A stretch of 64,000 nt of DNA, taken from positions 64,001 to 128,000 of the forward strand of contig CAWHCF010000043.1 in NCBI GenBank assembly GCA_963827655.1, given 5' to 3'. Position 1 is the stretch's first letter; each line of letters starts with the position of its first letter. The translations under genes were made by a program, and so were the position numbers. Shown here piece after piece: positions 43,347 through 54,507 of this stretch. Origin of the DNA: an uncultured Acidobacteriota bacterium. Its GTDB lineage: Bacteria > Acidobacteriota > UBA6911. Below the pieces are notes generated by a model, which saw only the letters and a program-made list of their open reading frames with translations, did not search any database and was not told the DNA's origin.

Positions 43347-44837
43347 CTAGCTTCCGAGGAATAGTTTCATCGATTCGTTGGTCAGCTTCTGAATGCTATC
43401 CCAGACCAGCATCATCCCAATGGTTGGAAGCAGCATAGCCCAGACCAGGGCCTGGCTGGTCCACGTCAACTGGATGTTCCTCCCGTCCTCGCTCGATTCG
43501 AAGATCATGGTCTTGATTACCCGGGCGTAGTAATAGACGGCGATCACGCTGTTCAAAGCTCCCACTACCGCAAACCAGGCCAGGTTGCGATTCACCGCCG
43601 CTCCAAAGACGAAGAGTTTGCCGAAAAACCCGGCAAAGGGTGGAATTCCCATGAGTGACAGCAGGAATATAGTCATGGCGATGGTGAGAAACGGGGAGCG
43701 TTTGTATAGGCCGCTATAATCCTTGAGGTCGAAGCTGCCGGTCCGGTTAAAGATTTCTATTACCACCAGGAAGGCTCCGAGGTTCATGAAAAGGTAAGTA
43801 ATGAGATAAATCAGGACCGCCTGGACTCCTTCGGACGACAGCACCACGGTTCCCATCAGGACATATCCGGCGTGAGCGATGGAAGAATAGGCCAGCATGC
43901 GTTTCATGTTGTCCTGCCGCAGCGCCGCGATATTCCCCAGAGTCATGGTTATGATCGAAATGATCAACACGAGAAAGCTCCAGTTCAATATATGAAAAGC
44001 GGCAAATTGAGTGGAGCCTGGAGTGGTTTCGGATAGCCCGGTCAAGAAAAAGCGGATGAGAGTCGCAAACCCCGCCGCTTTCGGAGCCACGCTGAGAAAG
44101 GCCGTCACCGGTGTAGGCGCGCCGGTGTACACGTCGGGACACCAGAAATGAAACGGCACGGCCGCCGTCTTGAAGCCGAATCCGGCCAGGATAAGGGCGG
44201 TGGAGACCAGCAGCGCCATCCCATTGGGCGCGGCCACGCCCGAAGCCAGGACTTCCCGGATACCCGCCATCTTGGTGGTTCCGGTCAGTCCGAACAGGAG
44301 CGTGATGCCGTAGAGCATCGATCCGGTCGATACCGCGCCAAACAAGATGTACTTCAAAGACGCTTCATTCGATTGGCGATCGTCGCGGAGATAACCGACC
44401 ATGATATAGCTGGTGAGCGAAACCATCTCGAGCGACAAGAAAAGCATCAGCATGTCAGTGCTGGAAGCCAGAAGCAGCATGCCTAACGTCACGCCCAGCA
44501 ACAAGGCGTAGAATTCCCCCAGGTGAGACCGCGCGAGTTCCCGCGACCCGGGCGCCGCCAGGAGCACCAGAAACGAGGTCAGGATGAGGAATCCTTTGAA
44601 AAAGACAGCCATCGGGTCCAGTGCCACCATGCCGAAAAAGAGCGTCCGTTCCTCGGCGCCGAAGAGAGGCACGGTCAAAGCGAAGGCAACCATCAGTCCC
44701 AACGCCGTCAGAAAGAAAGTGACCTTTCCCCGGACCCGGGGCAAGACAATATCCGCGACCACCACCAGCAACAGCGTCACGGTAATGGCAATCTCGGGAT
44801 AGAACAGATGGAGGTCTCGCAGGAGGTATGGGTGCAT
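43347..44837 (-). CDS. nuoN: NADH-quinone oxidoreductase subunit N
   Basis: EASLKY, GFGFKTAAVPFHFWCPDVYTGAPTP, KRMLAYSSIAHAGY. Confidence 0.93.
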   Translation of the reverse strand: MHPYLLRDLHLFYPEIAITVTLLLVVVADIVLPRVRGKVTFFLTALGLMVAFALTVPLFGAEERTLFFGMVALDPMAVFFKGFLILTSFLVLLAAPGSRELARSHLGEFYALLLGVTLGMLLLASSTDMLMLFLSLEMVSLTSYIMVGYLRDDRQSNEASLKYILFGAVSTGSMLYGITLLFGLTGTTKMAGIREVLASGVAAPNGMALLVSTALILAGFGFKTAAVPFHFWCPDVYTGAPTPVTAFLSVAPKAAGFATLIRFFLTGLSETTPGSTQFAAFHILNWSFLVLIISIITMTLGNIAALRQDNMKRMLAYSSIAHAGYVLMGTVVLSSEGVQAVLIYLITYLFMNLGAFLVVIEIFNRTGSFDLKDYSGLYKRSPFLTIAMTIFLLSLMGIPPFAGFFGKLFVFGAAVNRNLAWFAVVGALNSVIAVYYYARVIKTMIFESSEDGRNIQLTWTSQALVWAMLLPTIGMMLVWDSIQKLTNESMKLFLGS

Positions 44838-44840
44838 GTC

Positions 44841-45146
44841 TTATCCCTTGAGGGTATCCGCCTGGTCCAGATTTACCGTTTTGACAATCCGGTACATGGA
44901 TAGGACTATGGCAAGCGCCACGGCAGCCTCCGCCGCGGCGATGATGATGACGAACACGGCAAAAATCTGTCCGTTCAAGTTGGCCGACGAGAATTTCGAA
45001 AACGCGACCAGGTTGAGGTTAGCCGAATTCAGAATCAATTCGATTCCCATGAGGACGTTGACGGCGTTCTTGCGGGTCAGAACCGCCATAATGCCGAACG
45101 AGAAAAGACACGCGCTCACGATCAAATAGTGGGTCAATGGAATCAT
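44841..45146 (-). CDS. nuoK: NADH-quinone oxidoreductase subunit K
   Basis: MGIELILNSANLN, AAAEAAVALA. Confidence 0.95.
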   Translation of the reverse strand: MIPLTHYLIVSACLFSFGIMAVLTRKNAVNVLMGIELILNSANLNLVAFSKFSSANLNGQIFAVFVIIIAAAEAAVALAIVLSMYRIVKTVNLDQADTLKG

Positions 45147-45652
45147 TGGGAATCTCTTCTCCTGACGATCATCGCCGCGCCGATTAAAGCGATGAGCAAA
45201 AACACGGACGCGATCTCAAACGGCAAAACGTAGTCTTTCATGAAGAGCTCGCCGATCTCCGCGGTGGTAGGATTCATCGGCCGCTCCCCGCGGCTGAGCC
45301 AGCTCGTATTCATGATCACGCCCGCCAGTGTCAAGAACACCGCCAGCATGATCAGCAGGCCGGGCAAGAACTGAAAAGTCTCGGTCTTCAGATTCAGGTC
45401 GTACAGTTTGTGCGTGAGCATTACGCCAAACAACAGGAGAACCAGAATTCCGCCCACGTAAATCACCAGCTGGGTCGCGGCCAGAAAGTCGGCCCCCAGG
45501 AAGACATACAGAGCGGCCACGCCAAAAAAAGTAAACAGCAGAGCGAAGGCCGAATATATCAAGCTGCGGGAGAAGACCACGACGGCAGCCGATCCAACGG
45601 TGATGGCGGCGAAGAAGTAAAAGAGTATCTGCGTTACCAGAGCCTTATCCAT
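45143..45652 (-). CDS. nuoJ: NADH-quinone oxidoreductase subunit J
   Basis: QLVIYVGGILVLLLFGVML, LPFEIASV. Confidence 0.95.
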   Translation of the reverse strand: MDKALVTQILFYFFAAITVGSAAVVVFSRSLIYSAFALLFTFFGVAALYVFLGADFLAATQLVIYVGGILVLLLFGVMLTHKLYDLNLKTETFQFLPGLLIMLAVFLTLAGVIMNTSWLSRGERPMNPTTAEIGELFMKDYVLPFEIASVFLLIALIGAAMIVRRRDSQ

Positions 45653-45710
45653 TTACGTGTTCCGGCTTCCTTCGTCCATTGACAATGCTGTAGCTGTACA
45701 TTTCGCGGGC

Positions 45711-45989
45711 GCGGCAGCAAGCTGCCGCATTAGTTTGGCGCAGCTTGCTTCGCACTGGGCCGTCTGGCCCGTCGCATAGTACACAGTAGCTCGCGTATGG
45801 CTTAACAGCCTAACAAGGTCAGTTGTGCCCCGCTCGTGAGGGCCGGGGACCGCCGAGACTCCGAGTCTGAGGTCCGAAGACCGGCACTGCACAATGCCGA
45901 CTCGGCGCTGTTTTGAGACTAAGTCCTCCCGGCCTTACGGCGGGCCTACGCACTGCCGGCCCTTCGGGCCTGGCGAAGCTTGCTTCGCC
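45711..45989. repeat. REP-like multi-hairpin insertion between nuoI and nuoJ
   Basis: Inverted pairs 45827-45847/45928-45946 and 45870-45886/45954-45971, plus local hairpins. Confidence 0.6.
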
Positions 45990-46046
45990 GCTCCGAGACG
46001 GTACTCCTCGTGTCCCCTTCCTTTGAAGTCCACCCCTCGCTCCTTG

Positions 46047-46535
46047 TCACGCTTTAGGGGCGGCGTGTTCTTTGACCGGCTTGGGATAGAGAGGCTTATC
46101 CACCGCGAAATGATAAATATGATCCTTCTTGTCGTAGACCGAATACTCGTATTCCTTGGTCATGACCAGGCAATAAGTAGGGCATGGAAACGTGCACAGC
46201 GCGCAATAACAGCACTTGGTCATATCGATGTCGAAAACGTAAGTGCGTAGCTTGATCGGCGTGCCGTCGGAAGCAAAAATCTCCGGTTCGTCTTTTGCCC
46301 GCTTTTCGGTTTCGATGTCGATGCAGTCCGTCGGGCAGACGCGCGCGCACTGGCCGCACCCGATGCAGTCTTCGATCTTGTTGAACAATCGCGCGCGCGC
46401 GCGATCCGGCAGGTTCCATTTCACCGTCGGGTACTGCACGGTAACGGCCGGGGTGAAGAGGTGGCGAAACGTGATGCGCATTGCAATCAGTGTTGTCGCC
46501 ACGCCGCTGAATATATCTTTAAAGTACGTCCGCAT
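46047..46535 (-). CDS. nuoI: NADH-quinone oxidoreductase subunit I
   Basis: [30 protein letters not shown]. The ORF track fuses it to nuoH only because of the nuoH frameshift. Confidence 0.9.
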   Translation of the reverse strand: MRTYFKDIFSGVATTLIAMRITFRHLFTPAVTVQYPTVKWNLPDRARARLFNKIEDCIGCGQCARVCPTDCIDIETEKRAKDEPEIFASDGTPIKLRTYVFDIDMTKCCYCALCTFPCPTYCLVMTKEYEYSVYDKKDHIYHFAVDKPLYPKPVKEHAAPKA

Positions 46536-46555
46536 ATCAAAGTTCCTGTGTTTCG

Positions 46556-47615
46556 TTACTTCCAATATACCGCCAGGAATCCAACTCCAAGAATCAAAAC
46601 CATCGAGACCGGAAGCATTACTTTCCAGCACAAATACATGAGCTGATCGACGCGCAACCGGGGCAGCGACCAGCGCAACCAGATCTGCACGAATACCAGA
46701 AAGAGCGTCTTGAGCGAGAACAGAATCGGCCCGGGGACGAGCTGCGGAACCAGCTGCCGCCGGCAGAATCTGCGTCCAACCTCCAAGAAAAATCGTCGTG
46801 GCTATGCCGGCAACTACGAACATGTTCGCGTACTCCGCCAGCATGAAGAACGCGAAGCGCATCCCGGAGTACTCCGTGTGGTAGCCGGCAACCAGCTCCG
46901 ACTCGGCCTCGGGAATATCGAACGGAGTTCGATTTACTTCGGCCAGCGAGCACACAAAATAGATGAAGAATGCCACAAAGGTAAAAGGGTTACGAAAGAT
47001 GAACCACTTGTGGAGGCCTCCCTGCTGGGCAGTCACGATGTCCTGCATCGACAGGCTCCCCACTTGAACCACTACCGTCATGAGGGCCAGGGCGGCGGGA
47101 ATCTCGTAACTGATGATCTGGGCGGCGGAGCGCATACCGCCGTAGAGCGCATATTTATTGTTGGATGCCCACCCCCCCATGATGATCCCGACCACCGAGA
47201 GGCTCGCCACCGCAAGAAGGTACAGCACGCCGATGTTCAGGTCAGCGACAATCGACGCCATGCCGAAGGGAAGTACGACGAACGCTGCAAACGCGCCCAC
47301 GAACACCATGATGGGCGCAAGCTTGAACAGGGGAGCATCGGCCGCCGCCGGGATGATATCTTCTTTAAGCAGCAGCTTGATTCCGTCGGCAAGCGACTGG
47401 GCCCAGCCATGCCAGCCGCCCACATACATCGGCCCGAGCCGGTCCTGCATGTGCGCCGAAACTTTTCGTTCGAGCCAGACCAGGAACATGCCGAGCACCG
47501 CGACGTAAAGCAGGATGATGACGCAGCTGACCAGCATCGGAATGAAATCGCGCAGCAGTTCAGGAAGCGCGCCGTAGTTCGGAATGTTTGCGAGCAGTTG
47601 TCGGATGGATTCCAT
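46556..47615 (-). CDS. nuoH: NADH-quinone oxidoreductase subunit H; frameshift at ~46760
   Basis: [32 protein letters not shown]; C-terminal [15 protein letters not shown] lies in the next frame. Confidence 0.92.
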
Positions 47616-47649
47616 GTAGTCCGGTTCCTCAGTGTCTCACAGCGATCGT

Positions 47650-48770
47650 CTAACGGTCGATCTCCCCCAGGACGATGTCGAGACTGCCAACGATGGCGAT
47701 GACGTCGGAGATCATGGCTCCGCGGCTGATCTCATGAAATGCGCTCATGGCTGTGAAGCAGGGAGACTTCACCTTGACCCGGTAGGGCTTGAGCCCGCCG
47801 TCGCTGACGATGTAGTAGCCCAGCTCTCCGCGCGGACACTCGGTGCGCATATAAACCTCGCCGGCGGGAGGCTTGACTCGTTTCGGGATCGCTTCCTGGA
47901 CATCGCCCGGGGTGATCCTGGCAACGGCTTGACGAACCAGCTTGCAGCTCTCTTTCACCTCTTTGATCCGCACGATGTACCGGTCGTAACAAGATCCCAC
48001 CGGCCCATGTTCCCCCACACCCACCTGCACGTCGAAATCGAACTCTTCATAGCCCAGGTAGGGCTCATCTTTGCGCACGTCGAATTTGACCCCGCTGCCG
48101 CGCAGGTTGGGACCCGTGACACCATAGTTGATCGCCACGTCAGGGGGAAGTATTCCGACGTTGGCCGTCCGCTTGATGAAAATGTAGTTATAGGAGAGCA
48201 GCCGGTTCAGATCGTCGATCAGGGGTTCGAAGTAATCCAAAAAATCAATAACCTTCTTCTCGAAGCCGGGGGGGTGTCGTACATGAGTCCGCCGACCCAG
48301 TTGTAATTGTAGAGAAGCCGCGCGCCGCAGGTCTCTTCGAACAAATCGAGAATCTTCTCCCTGTCGCGGAAGCAATGGAGGAAGGGAGTGTAAGAGCCCA
48401 TGTCAATACCGTAAGTCCCGGCGGCGAGCAAGTGACTGGCAATCCGGTTTAACTCCGCCATCATGATCCGGATGCAACGAACGCGGTTATTCACCTGGAT
48501 TCCCATCAGCTTCTCGACGGCCAGGGCGTAGCCCAGGTTGTTGTTCATCGAGGCTACATAATCCATGCGGTCGGTAAAGGGAATGACACCGGGATAATCG
48601 ACATTTTCGGCGTGCTTCTCGAAACAGCGATGCAGATATCCGATGTGCGGCCGAGCCGAATGCACCACTTCGCCGTCGGTCTGCAGCTCAAGCCGCAGCA
48701 CGCCGTGAGTGGACGGATGCTGCGGGCCCATGTTCAGGGTCATCAGATCTCCGGCGATTTCAACTTCCAT
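47650..48770 (-). CDS. nuoD: NADH-quinone oxidoreductase subunit D; frameshift in the G7 run at 48268-48274
   Basis: [37 protein letters not shown]. Confidence 0.92.
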
Positions 48771-48818
48771 ACTTCGGGCCTATTCGTTGAGGTTGTTGTG
48801 CCTTCACATGTTGGTAAA

Positions 48819-49286
48819 TCAGACCGGCATATCGCGGTAACGGGTCGGAAACTTGTAGTCCTTGCGCAAAGGATACCCTTCCCAATCGTCAGGACAGAGA
48901 ATTCGGCGCAAGTCGCTGTGACCCTCGAAAACAATGCCGAACATATCGTAGGCTTCGCGTTCGTGCCAGTTGGCGACTGCCCAAACCGATTCCACGGATT
49001 GGATTCTCGGATCCTCTCGCGGCAAGCGGCATTTAATCGTGTGCCTGTGACCGTGCTTCATCGAGTACGGGATGTACACCACCTCGATGCGATCCTTGAA
49101 ATCCACTCCCCCCAGCAGCTCCAGGTGGTCCATCAGAAACCGCTGATCATCACGCACGAAGCGGCAGACGTCCAGGATCACGCCGGGATCGACTACGGTC
49201 CACGGAGTTACCACGCCGAGTTTCGATTCGATTACCTTGTCGCCGAACTTTTCCGAGAGCTGGGCGGCTATTTCTTCAGATTTCAT
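48819..49286 (-). CDS. nuoC: NADH-quinone oxidoreductase subunit C
   Basis: [25 protein letters not shown]. Confidence 0.95.
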   Translation of the reverse strand: MKSEEIAAQLSEKFGDKVIESKLGVVTPWTVVDPGVILDVCRFVRDDQRFLMDHLELLGGVDFKDRIEVVYIPYSMKHGHRHTIKCRLPREDPRIQSVESVWAVANWHEREAYDMFGIVFEGHSDLRRILCPDDWEGYPLRKDYKFPTRYRDMPV

Positions 49287-49786
49287 GCGGCGCCTCGCTC
49301 GGTCTTCTTGGCCAGGCTTTCTCTCTCGATCTTCTTCTGCAACTGGATCAGCCCTTCAATCAACGATTCGGGACGGGGCGGGCATCCCGGGACGTAGACG
49401 TCCACGGGGACGACTTCATCGATCCCTTTGAGCACGTGGTATCCGTGCTGCCAGTACGGCCCGCCGTTGTTGGCGCAGCTCCCCATGGAGATCACGTATT
49501 TGGGCGCCGGCATCTGCTCGAACAGCCGCTTGATTCGCGTAGCCATCTTCAGGGTCACGGTGCCCGCGACAATCATGACGTCGGACTGGCGCGGCGTTGC
49601 CCTGAATGCGCCGGCTCCAAACCGGTCCAGGTCATAGCGCGACGCCCCGGTTGCCATCATCTCGATGGCGCAGCACGCCAAGCCAAAAGTCATAGGCCAT
49701 AGCGAACCGGCTCGAGCCCAGTTGAACAGCTTATCGAGGGAGGTGATCAGGACATTCTCTTCAAACTTTCCCTCTAAGACTCCCAT
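49283..49786 (-). CDS. nuoB: NADH-quinone oxidoreductase subunit B
   Basis: [24 protein letters not shown]. Confidence 0.96.
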   Translation of the reverse strand: MGVLEGKFEENVLITSLDKLFNWARAGSLWPMTFGLACCAIEMMATGASRYDLDRFGAGAFRATPRQSDVMIVAGTVTLKMATRIKRLFEQMPAPKYVISMGSCANNGGPYWQHGYHVLKGIDEVVPVDVYVPGCPPRPESLIEGLIQLQKKIERESLAKKTERGAA

Positions 49787-49801
49787 GCTCTGTTCTCCTT
49801 T

Positions 49802-50227
49802 TTATGCCGCGCGTCCCCGTGTCTGTTCGGCGCGAGAACCCGACTGAGCCAGCCCCACATCCTCCGGCTTGACCCACTCCAGGTCTCCCTTGGCCCAGAC
49901 ATAGGCCAGGCCGACGACAAGAATGCCGATGAAGATCAGTCCCTCGATAAAAGCGAAAGCGCCTAGATTCTTGAACACGACGGCCCAGGGCAAAAGAAAA
50001 ATGATTTCAACGTCGAAGATGATAAAGATGAGCGCCACGACATAGAACCGGATGTTGAACTGAATCCATGCGGACCCGACAGGGGTTTCGCCGCATTCGT
50101 ACGACATGTACTTGTCTTTCGAATACGGCCCCGTGTAGCGAAGGAGGCGCGACATGAGCAGGCTCACTACCAGAAACAGGATCCCGACCGTCATGAACAA
50201 CAGCACGGCGGCGTAATCAGAGAGCAT
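49802..50227 (-). CDS. nuoA: NADH-quinone oxidoreductase subunit A
   Basis: [23 protein letters not shown]. Confidence 0.95.
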   Translation of the reverse strand: MLSDYAAVLLFMTVGILFLVVSLLMSRLLRYTGPYSKDKYMSYECGETPVGSAWIQFNIRFYVVALIFIIFDVEIIFLLPWAVVFKNLGAFAFIEGLIFIGILVVGLAYVWAKGDLEWVKPEDVGLAQSGSRAEQTRGRAA

Positions 50228-50526
50228 GGCCCATCTCCTTCTCAACTCCAGCTGACCGGCTAGATTAACTTAGCACACAAATATCCTACATTCTCCAGGG
50301 TTCAACAGGCTTAGATTCGGGGTAGTTGACGGGAGTAAATGCAAGAAAAAGAGTATCTAAGATTGATCGAGGGGTCAAGCGAAAATCCTGAAACAACTCG
50401 CGCCTGCAGTTGCAAATAGGCAAGCTCATCGCTTAGGATTTGGCGTCTTCAGGATCGGGGACAAAGCCAGTCGTTTTCGGGACGGTCTTTCGGAAATCAA
50501 CCGAGCGGCGTCCCGCGAGGAAGTGC

Positions 50527-51558
50527 ATGAAGGCTGTCCGGTTTCATCAGCATGGCGGTATTGATCAGCTCCGCTATGAGGAAGCGCCCGACCCAAAGCC
50601 GGGGCCGGGAGAAGTGTTGGTTCGAGTGAAAGCGTGTGCCCTGAATTACCTCGATCTGTGGGAGCGCCGCGGCCTTCCCGGCATTCGAATTCCGCTTCCT
50701 CACATCTCGGGGAGCGACGTCTCAGGGGTGATCGAAGCGGTTGGCGTCGGGGTCGGCAACCTCAAACCTGGCGACAAGACGCTGGTGTGCCCGGGGCTGA
50801 GCTGCATGCTGTGTGAATTCTGCCTCCAGGGAAAAGACAACCTGTGCCGGAGCTACTCCGTTCTCGGCTACTATACGGATGGGGGATATGCTGAGTTTCT
50901 CAAGGTTCCGGCGGTGAACGCCCTCCCCTTCCCCGAGGGACTGGAGTATATCGATGCGGCTGCGATCCCGCTGGTCTTCATGACCGCGTGGCACATGCTC
51001 GTCGACCGATGCGGAATCAAGGCGGGAGAAGACGTTCTGGTCCTGGGCGCCGGCAGCGGAGTCGGAAGCGCAGCCATCCAGATTGCGAAGTTCTTTCGGG
51101 CCAGGGTGATCGCGACTGCGGGTTCAGACGCGAAGCTTGGCAAGGCCCGGGAACTGGGCGCCGAGGTCGTGATCAATCACAGCCGCCAGAAAATTCGGGA
51201 TGAAGTCAAGCAAGCCACGGGGAAACGGGGTGTCGATATCGTCTTCGAACACGTCGGGGCATCGACCTGGGAGGATAGCGTGAGCTGCCTGGCTCGTCAC
51301 GGCCGCCTGGTGACGTGCGGCGCCACAACCGGCTACGACGTCCGGCTCGATATTCGCCATCTGTTCGCCAAACAGATTACTCTCCTGGGTTCTTACATGG
51401 GCTCGAAGTACGAGTTGATCGAAGTGTTGAAACTCGTCAAGGCCGGCCATTTTCGCCCGGTGATCTCTTCCGTCTTTCCACTGAAAGACGCGGCGCGAGC
51501 TCAGGAGCAGATGGAGAACCGTGAACAATTCGGGAAAATAGTGCTGGCAATCGATTGA
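50527..51558 (+). CDS. Zinc-binding (MDR family) dehydrogenase / quinone oxidoreductase
   Basis: GAGG SD; ALNYLD, CMLCEFC...C structural Zn site, GAGSGVG, FGKIVL. Confidence 0.9.
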   Translation: MKAVRFHQHGGIDQLRYEEAPDPKPGPGEVLVRVKACALNYLDLWERRGLPGIRIPLPHISGSDVSGVIEAVGVGVGNLKPGDKTLVCPGLSCMLCEFCLQGKDNLCRSYSVLGYYTDGGYAEFLKVPAVNALPFPEGLEYIDAAAIPLVFMTAWHMLVDRCGIKAGEDVLVLGAGSGVGSAAIQIAKFFRARVIATAGSDAKLGKARELGAEVVINHSRQKIRDEVKQATGKRGVDIVFEHVGASTWEDSVSCLARHGRLVTCGATTGYDVRLDIRHLFAKQITLLGSYMGSKYELIEVLKLVKAGHFRPVISSVFPLKDAARAQEQMENREQFGKIVLAID

Positions 51559-51562
51559 CTGG

Positions 51563-51711
51563 ATTTACGATTGACGATTGACGATTTCAGCGTTGGCGAC
51601 TAATCGATAGGATAATAAATTCATTGTCAATCAGTAATTTAATTGCCCTTGTCGACTAGCCACCAGCCCATGAAGTTAAATCGTCAATCGTCAATCGTAA
51701 ATCGTAAATCG
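51563..51711. repeat. Inverted clusters of heptamer (ATTGACG / CGTCAAT) repeats
   Basis: ATTTACG ATTGACG ATTGACG ATTT after the stop; AATCGTC AATCGTC AATCGTA AATCGTA AATCG before the next ATG. Confidence 0.85.
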
Positions 51712-51713
51712 AT

Positions 51714-53712
51714 ATGCGTAGTATCATATTTGCCGTCATCCTGGTCTCGGCTCTCGGGTTCTTTTGCCTATAGCTCGAGACGGCTGATTCGGTTTCTTTC
51801 GATCGGCCGGAAAGAGAATCGTTTCGATAGAGTCGGCGCCCGACTGAAGAATGTCCTGATCGTCGCCTTCGGCCAGACAAAGCTGTTGCGCGAACCGCTC
51901 GCCGGGTGGATGCATTTCTTCATATTCTGGGGCTTTGTCATCCTGCTCAGCGCCATACTCGAGGCCATCCTTGAAGGATTCCACCCGGGCCTCACGCTCG
52001 AGCTGCTTGGGCCCTTGTTCTCTCCCGTGGCTGCCGCTCAGGAAGTCATCGGAGCCCTGGTGGTTATTTCCGTCCTGGTGGCTCTGATCCGCTGGATGCT
52101 GGTTCCACCGCGAAGATTCTACGGCCCGGAGATAACCGGCCACGTTCGCCTGGACGCGGCTCTCATTCTGGTCCTCATCCTGATGATCATGGTGTCGATG
52201 TTTGGCACCAATGCGACGCGAATGGTTCTCGCCGGGAAAATTCACGCCGCCCGTTTCGTCTCGAGCGAACTGGCAGCGGTTTTTGCTGGAGCCTCCGGCA
52301 TCCGGCTGTGGTTTGAGATTTTCTGGTGGACCCACATACTGGCAGTCCTGGGCTTCCTGAATTATCTCCCTTACTCCAAGCACCTCCATGTCCTCACCTC
52401 AATTCCCAATGTGTTCTTTGCTTCTCTCGAGCCTCGGGGAGCGCTGTCCAGGCTGGATCTCGAGGATGAGAATGCCGAGAAGTTCGGCGTCGACGATGTC
52501 CAGGATCTCAGCTGGAAACAGCTGCTCGATGGTTATACCTGCACCGACTGCGGACGGTGCACGGCCGCCTGTCCTGCCAACGTTACCGGCAAGCTCCTGA
52601 GCCCGCGAAAAATAATCATGAATATCCGGGAACGCACGCTGGAAAAGGCTCCGCTGGTGCTGGGAGAAGTCTCAGAACCGGATGCCGCGATCGTGAGCAA
52701 GAGACTCCTGGATAATTACGTCACCGACGAAGAGCTCTGGGCCTGCACGACCTGCCGCGCTTGCATGGAAGAGTGTCCGGTGATGATCGAGCATGTGCCG
52801 GCGATCGTTGACATGCGGAGATTTCTGGTATTGACGGAGTCCCGCTTCCCCGCCGAGCTTACGGGAGCATTCAAGAATCTTGAGACCAATTACAATCCCT
52901 GGTCCTTCAACCACCAGAGCCGGGCCGACTGGGCCAAGGGCCTCGACGTGAGAACGATGGCGGATATTGAACCGGAGGTCGAGATTCTTTACTGGGTGGG
53001 CTGCGCCGGGTCCTACGACAAGAGATATGAGGGAGTAACCCGGGCCATGGTGAAGCTGATGAAAGCGGCGGGGATAAAATTCGCCATCCTTGGGACCGAG
53101 GAAAAATGCACGGGGGATCCGGCGCGGCGGAGCGGAAATGAATACCTTGCGCAAATGCTTATCAACGAAAACGTCGAAACCCTGAACAAGTACAAGTTCA
53201 AGAAAATCGTCGCGACCTGTCCTCACTGCTTCAATACCTTGAAGAACGAATATCCGCAGTTTGGAGGAAACTACGAAGTCGTCCATCACACGGTCTTCCT
53301 GAACCAGCTGATAGAATCAGGACGTCTGAAGCTCGCGCACAAGGGAAAAGAAAAAATCACGTTCCACGATTCTTGCTACATTGGCCGCTACAACGGGATC
53401 TACGACGCACCCCGCAATCTCCTTCAAACCTCGGGCGCAAGTCTGGTCGAAATGCCCCGGTCGCGCGACAAGGGTTTTTGCTGCGGAGCCGGCGGCGCCA
53501 GGATGTTCATGGAAGAGACTGTCGGCAAACGGGTGAATATCGAAAGGACGGAAGAGGCGCTCCGCCTGGAGCCCAACACTATCGCCACAGCCTGTCCGTT
53601 TTGTATGACCATGATGACCGACGGCGTGAAAGCAAAGGACGTCGATGACAAAGTTCAGGTCAGGGACGTAGCCGAGGTCTTGGCCGACTCGCTGGGATTG
53701 GCGCAGAAATAA
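51714..53712 (+). CDS. FadF/HdrD-GlpC-like membrane Fe-S oxidoreductase; frameshift at ~51762
   Basis: ATG 51714 (MRSIIFAVILVSALGF) then an extra T in a T-run; NarI-like TMs, PYSKHLH, CTDCGRC, CTTCRAC, two CCG domains (CPHC, CCGAGG, ACPFC). Confidence 0.88.
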
Positions 53713-53762
53713 GTCCACATTGTGCTGCAGGCCCACGGGCTCGCTGGCGCGGGGTTCTCTTC

Positions 53763-53809
53763 TTGACATCGAGCGAAATCTGTATGATCTTTGTATGACA
53801 TGCGTATGA
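53763..53809 (+). promoter_or_regulatory. TA promoter/operator: TTGACA plus three GTATGA boxes
   Basis: GTATGA at 53782, 53793 and 53804 (exact 11-bp period). Confidence 0.5.
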
Positions 53810-53820
53810 CGGCGAAACAT

Positions 53821-54054
53821 ATGAGAACCACGGTCATCCTCAGAGAGGATCTTGTCAAAAAAGCGAGAAAGCTGTCGAGCGAAACAACTTTGAGCGCCCT
53901 GCTGAACAGTTGTTTGGCAGATTGGGTAGCCCAGCACCGCCGAAGGGAACTGAAAGCTCGCTTGCTCGCGGAATATCGTTCCGGACGACAAGAGTCGCGC
54001 CGCATAAGTCGAGAGTTTGTTCACTCAGACAAAGAAGGCTGGCCGTCGTGGTAA
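53821..54054 (+). CDS. Antitoxin (VapB-like RHH N-terminus)
   Basis: MRTTVILREDLVKKARKL; overlaps the toxin start; upstream in-frame starts are possible. Confidence 0.75.
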   Translation: MRTTVILREDLVKKARKLSSETTLSALLNSCLADWVAQHRRRELKARLLAEYRSGRQESRRISREFVHSDKEGWPSW

Positions 54055-54404
54055 GAGGCTCCTTAGTGTGGGTACGCCTTGACCCAGCCCGCGGAGCTGA
54101 AGTCCCCAAAACCCGTCCTTGCATTGTAGTTTCTCGGACAGAGGCAAATGATATTTCCTCGACGGTAACTATCGTTCCCCTTTCATCAGTGAAAGGAAGA
54201 GCAGCGGAGCGTCTAGTCCAGCCCCTGCTGCTGGCAAAAGAAAGTCATCTCCGTAAAGATTCACGCGCTCTTTGCGATCAAGTCCGAACCATAGATAAAG
54301 CACGCGTACGAGAGACCATCGGAGTGTTAAGTCGCGAGTTATTGGGAAAGGTAGATCGCGGACTGATACTCCACCTGGAACTCGAAGACTATGTGACGCT
54401 GTAA
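54048..54404 (+). CDS. mazF: PemK/MazF family toxin
   Basis: RGSLVWVRLDPARGAE..KTRPCIVVS, CDQVRTIDKAR. Confidence 0.9.
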   Translation: MVRGSLVWVRLDPARGAEVPKTRPCIVVSRTEANDISSTVTIVPLSSVKGRAAERLVQPLLLAKESHLRKDSRALCDQVRTIDKARVRETIGVLSRELLGKVDRGLILHLELEDYVTL

Positions 54405-54507
54405 TCTGCTTCCTGCGCACAGGAAGCCTGCCCATCTGGTATGACCATGATGACCGACAGAAAGTCCAAAGTTGGGGCAAGCACGCTTGTGTAATTGCGC
54501 GTCCGCA

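Noticed and set aside
45800-45990. GCCTAAC at 45808 as an integron attC site
   Set aside because: No matching GTTRRRY end or L boxes at suitable distance, no cassette ORF and no integrase.
46047-47615. Apparent NuoH-NuoI fusion ORF (522 aa)
   Set aside because: Artefact of the extra base at ~46760; the true NuoH C-terminus and stop lie in another frame and nuoI has its own ATG at 46535.
47650-49786. nuoBCD as a group 4 NiFe hydrogenase
   Set aside because: The large subunit lacks both Ni-binding CxxC motifs and ends DIVLGEIDR as in NuoD.
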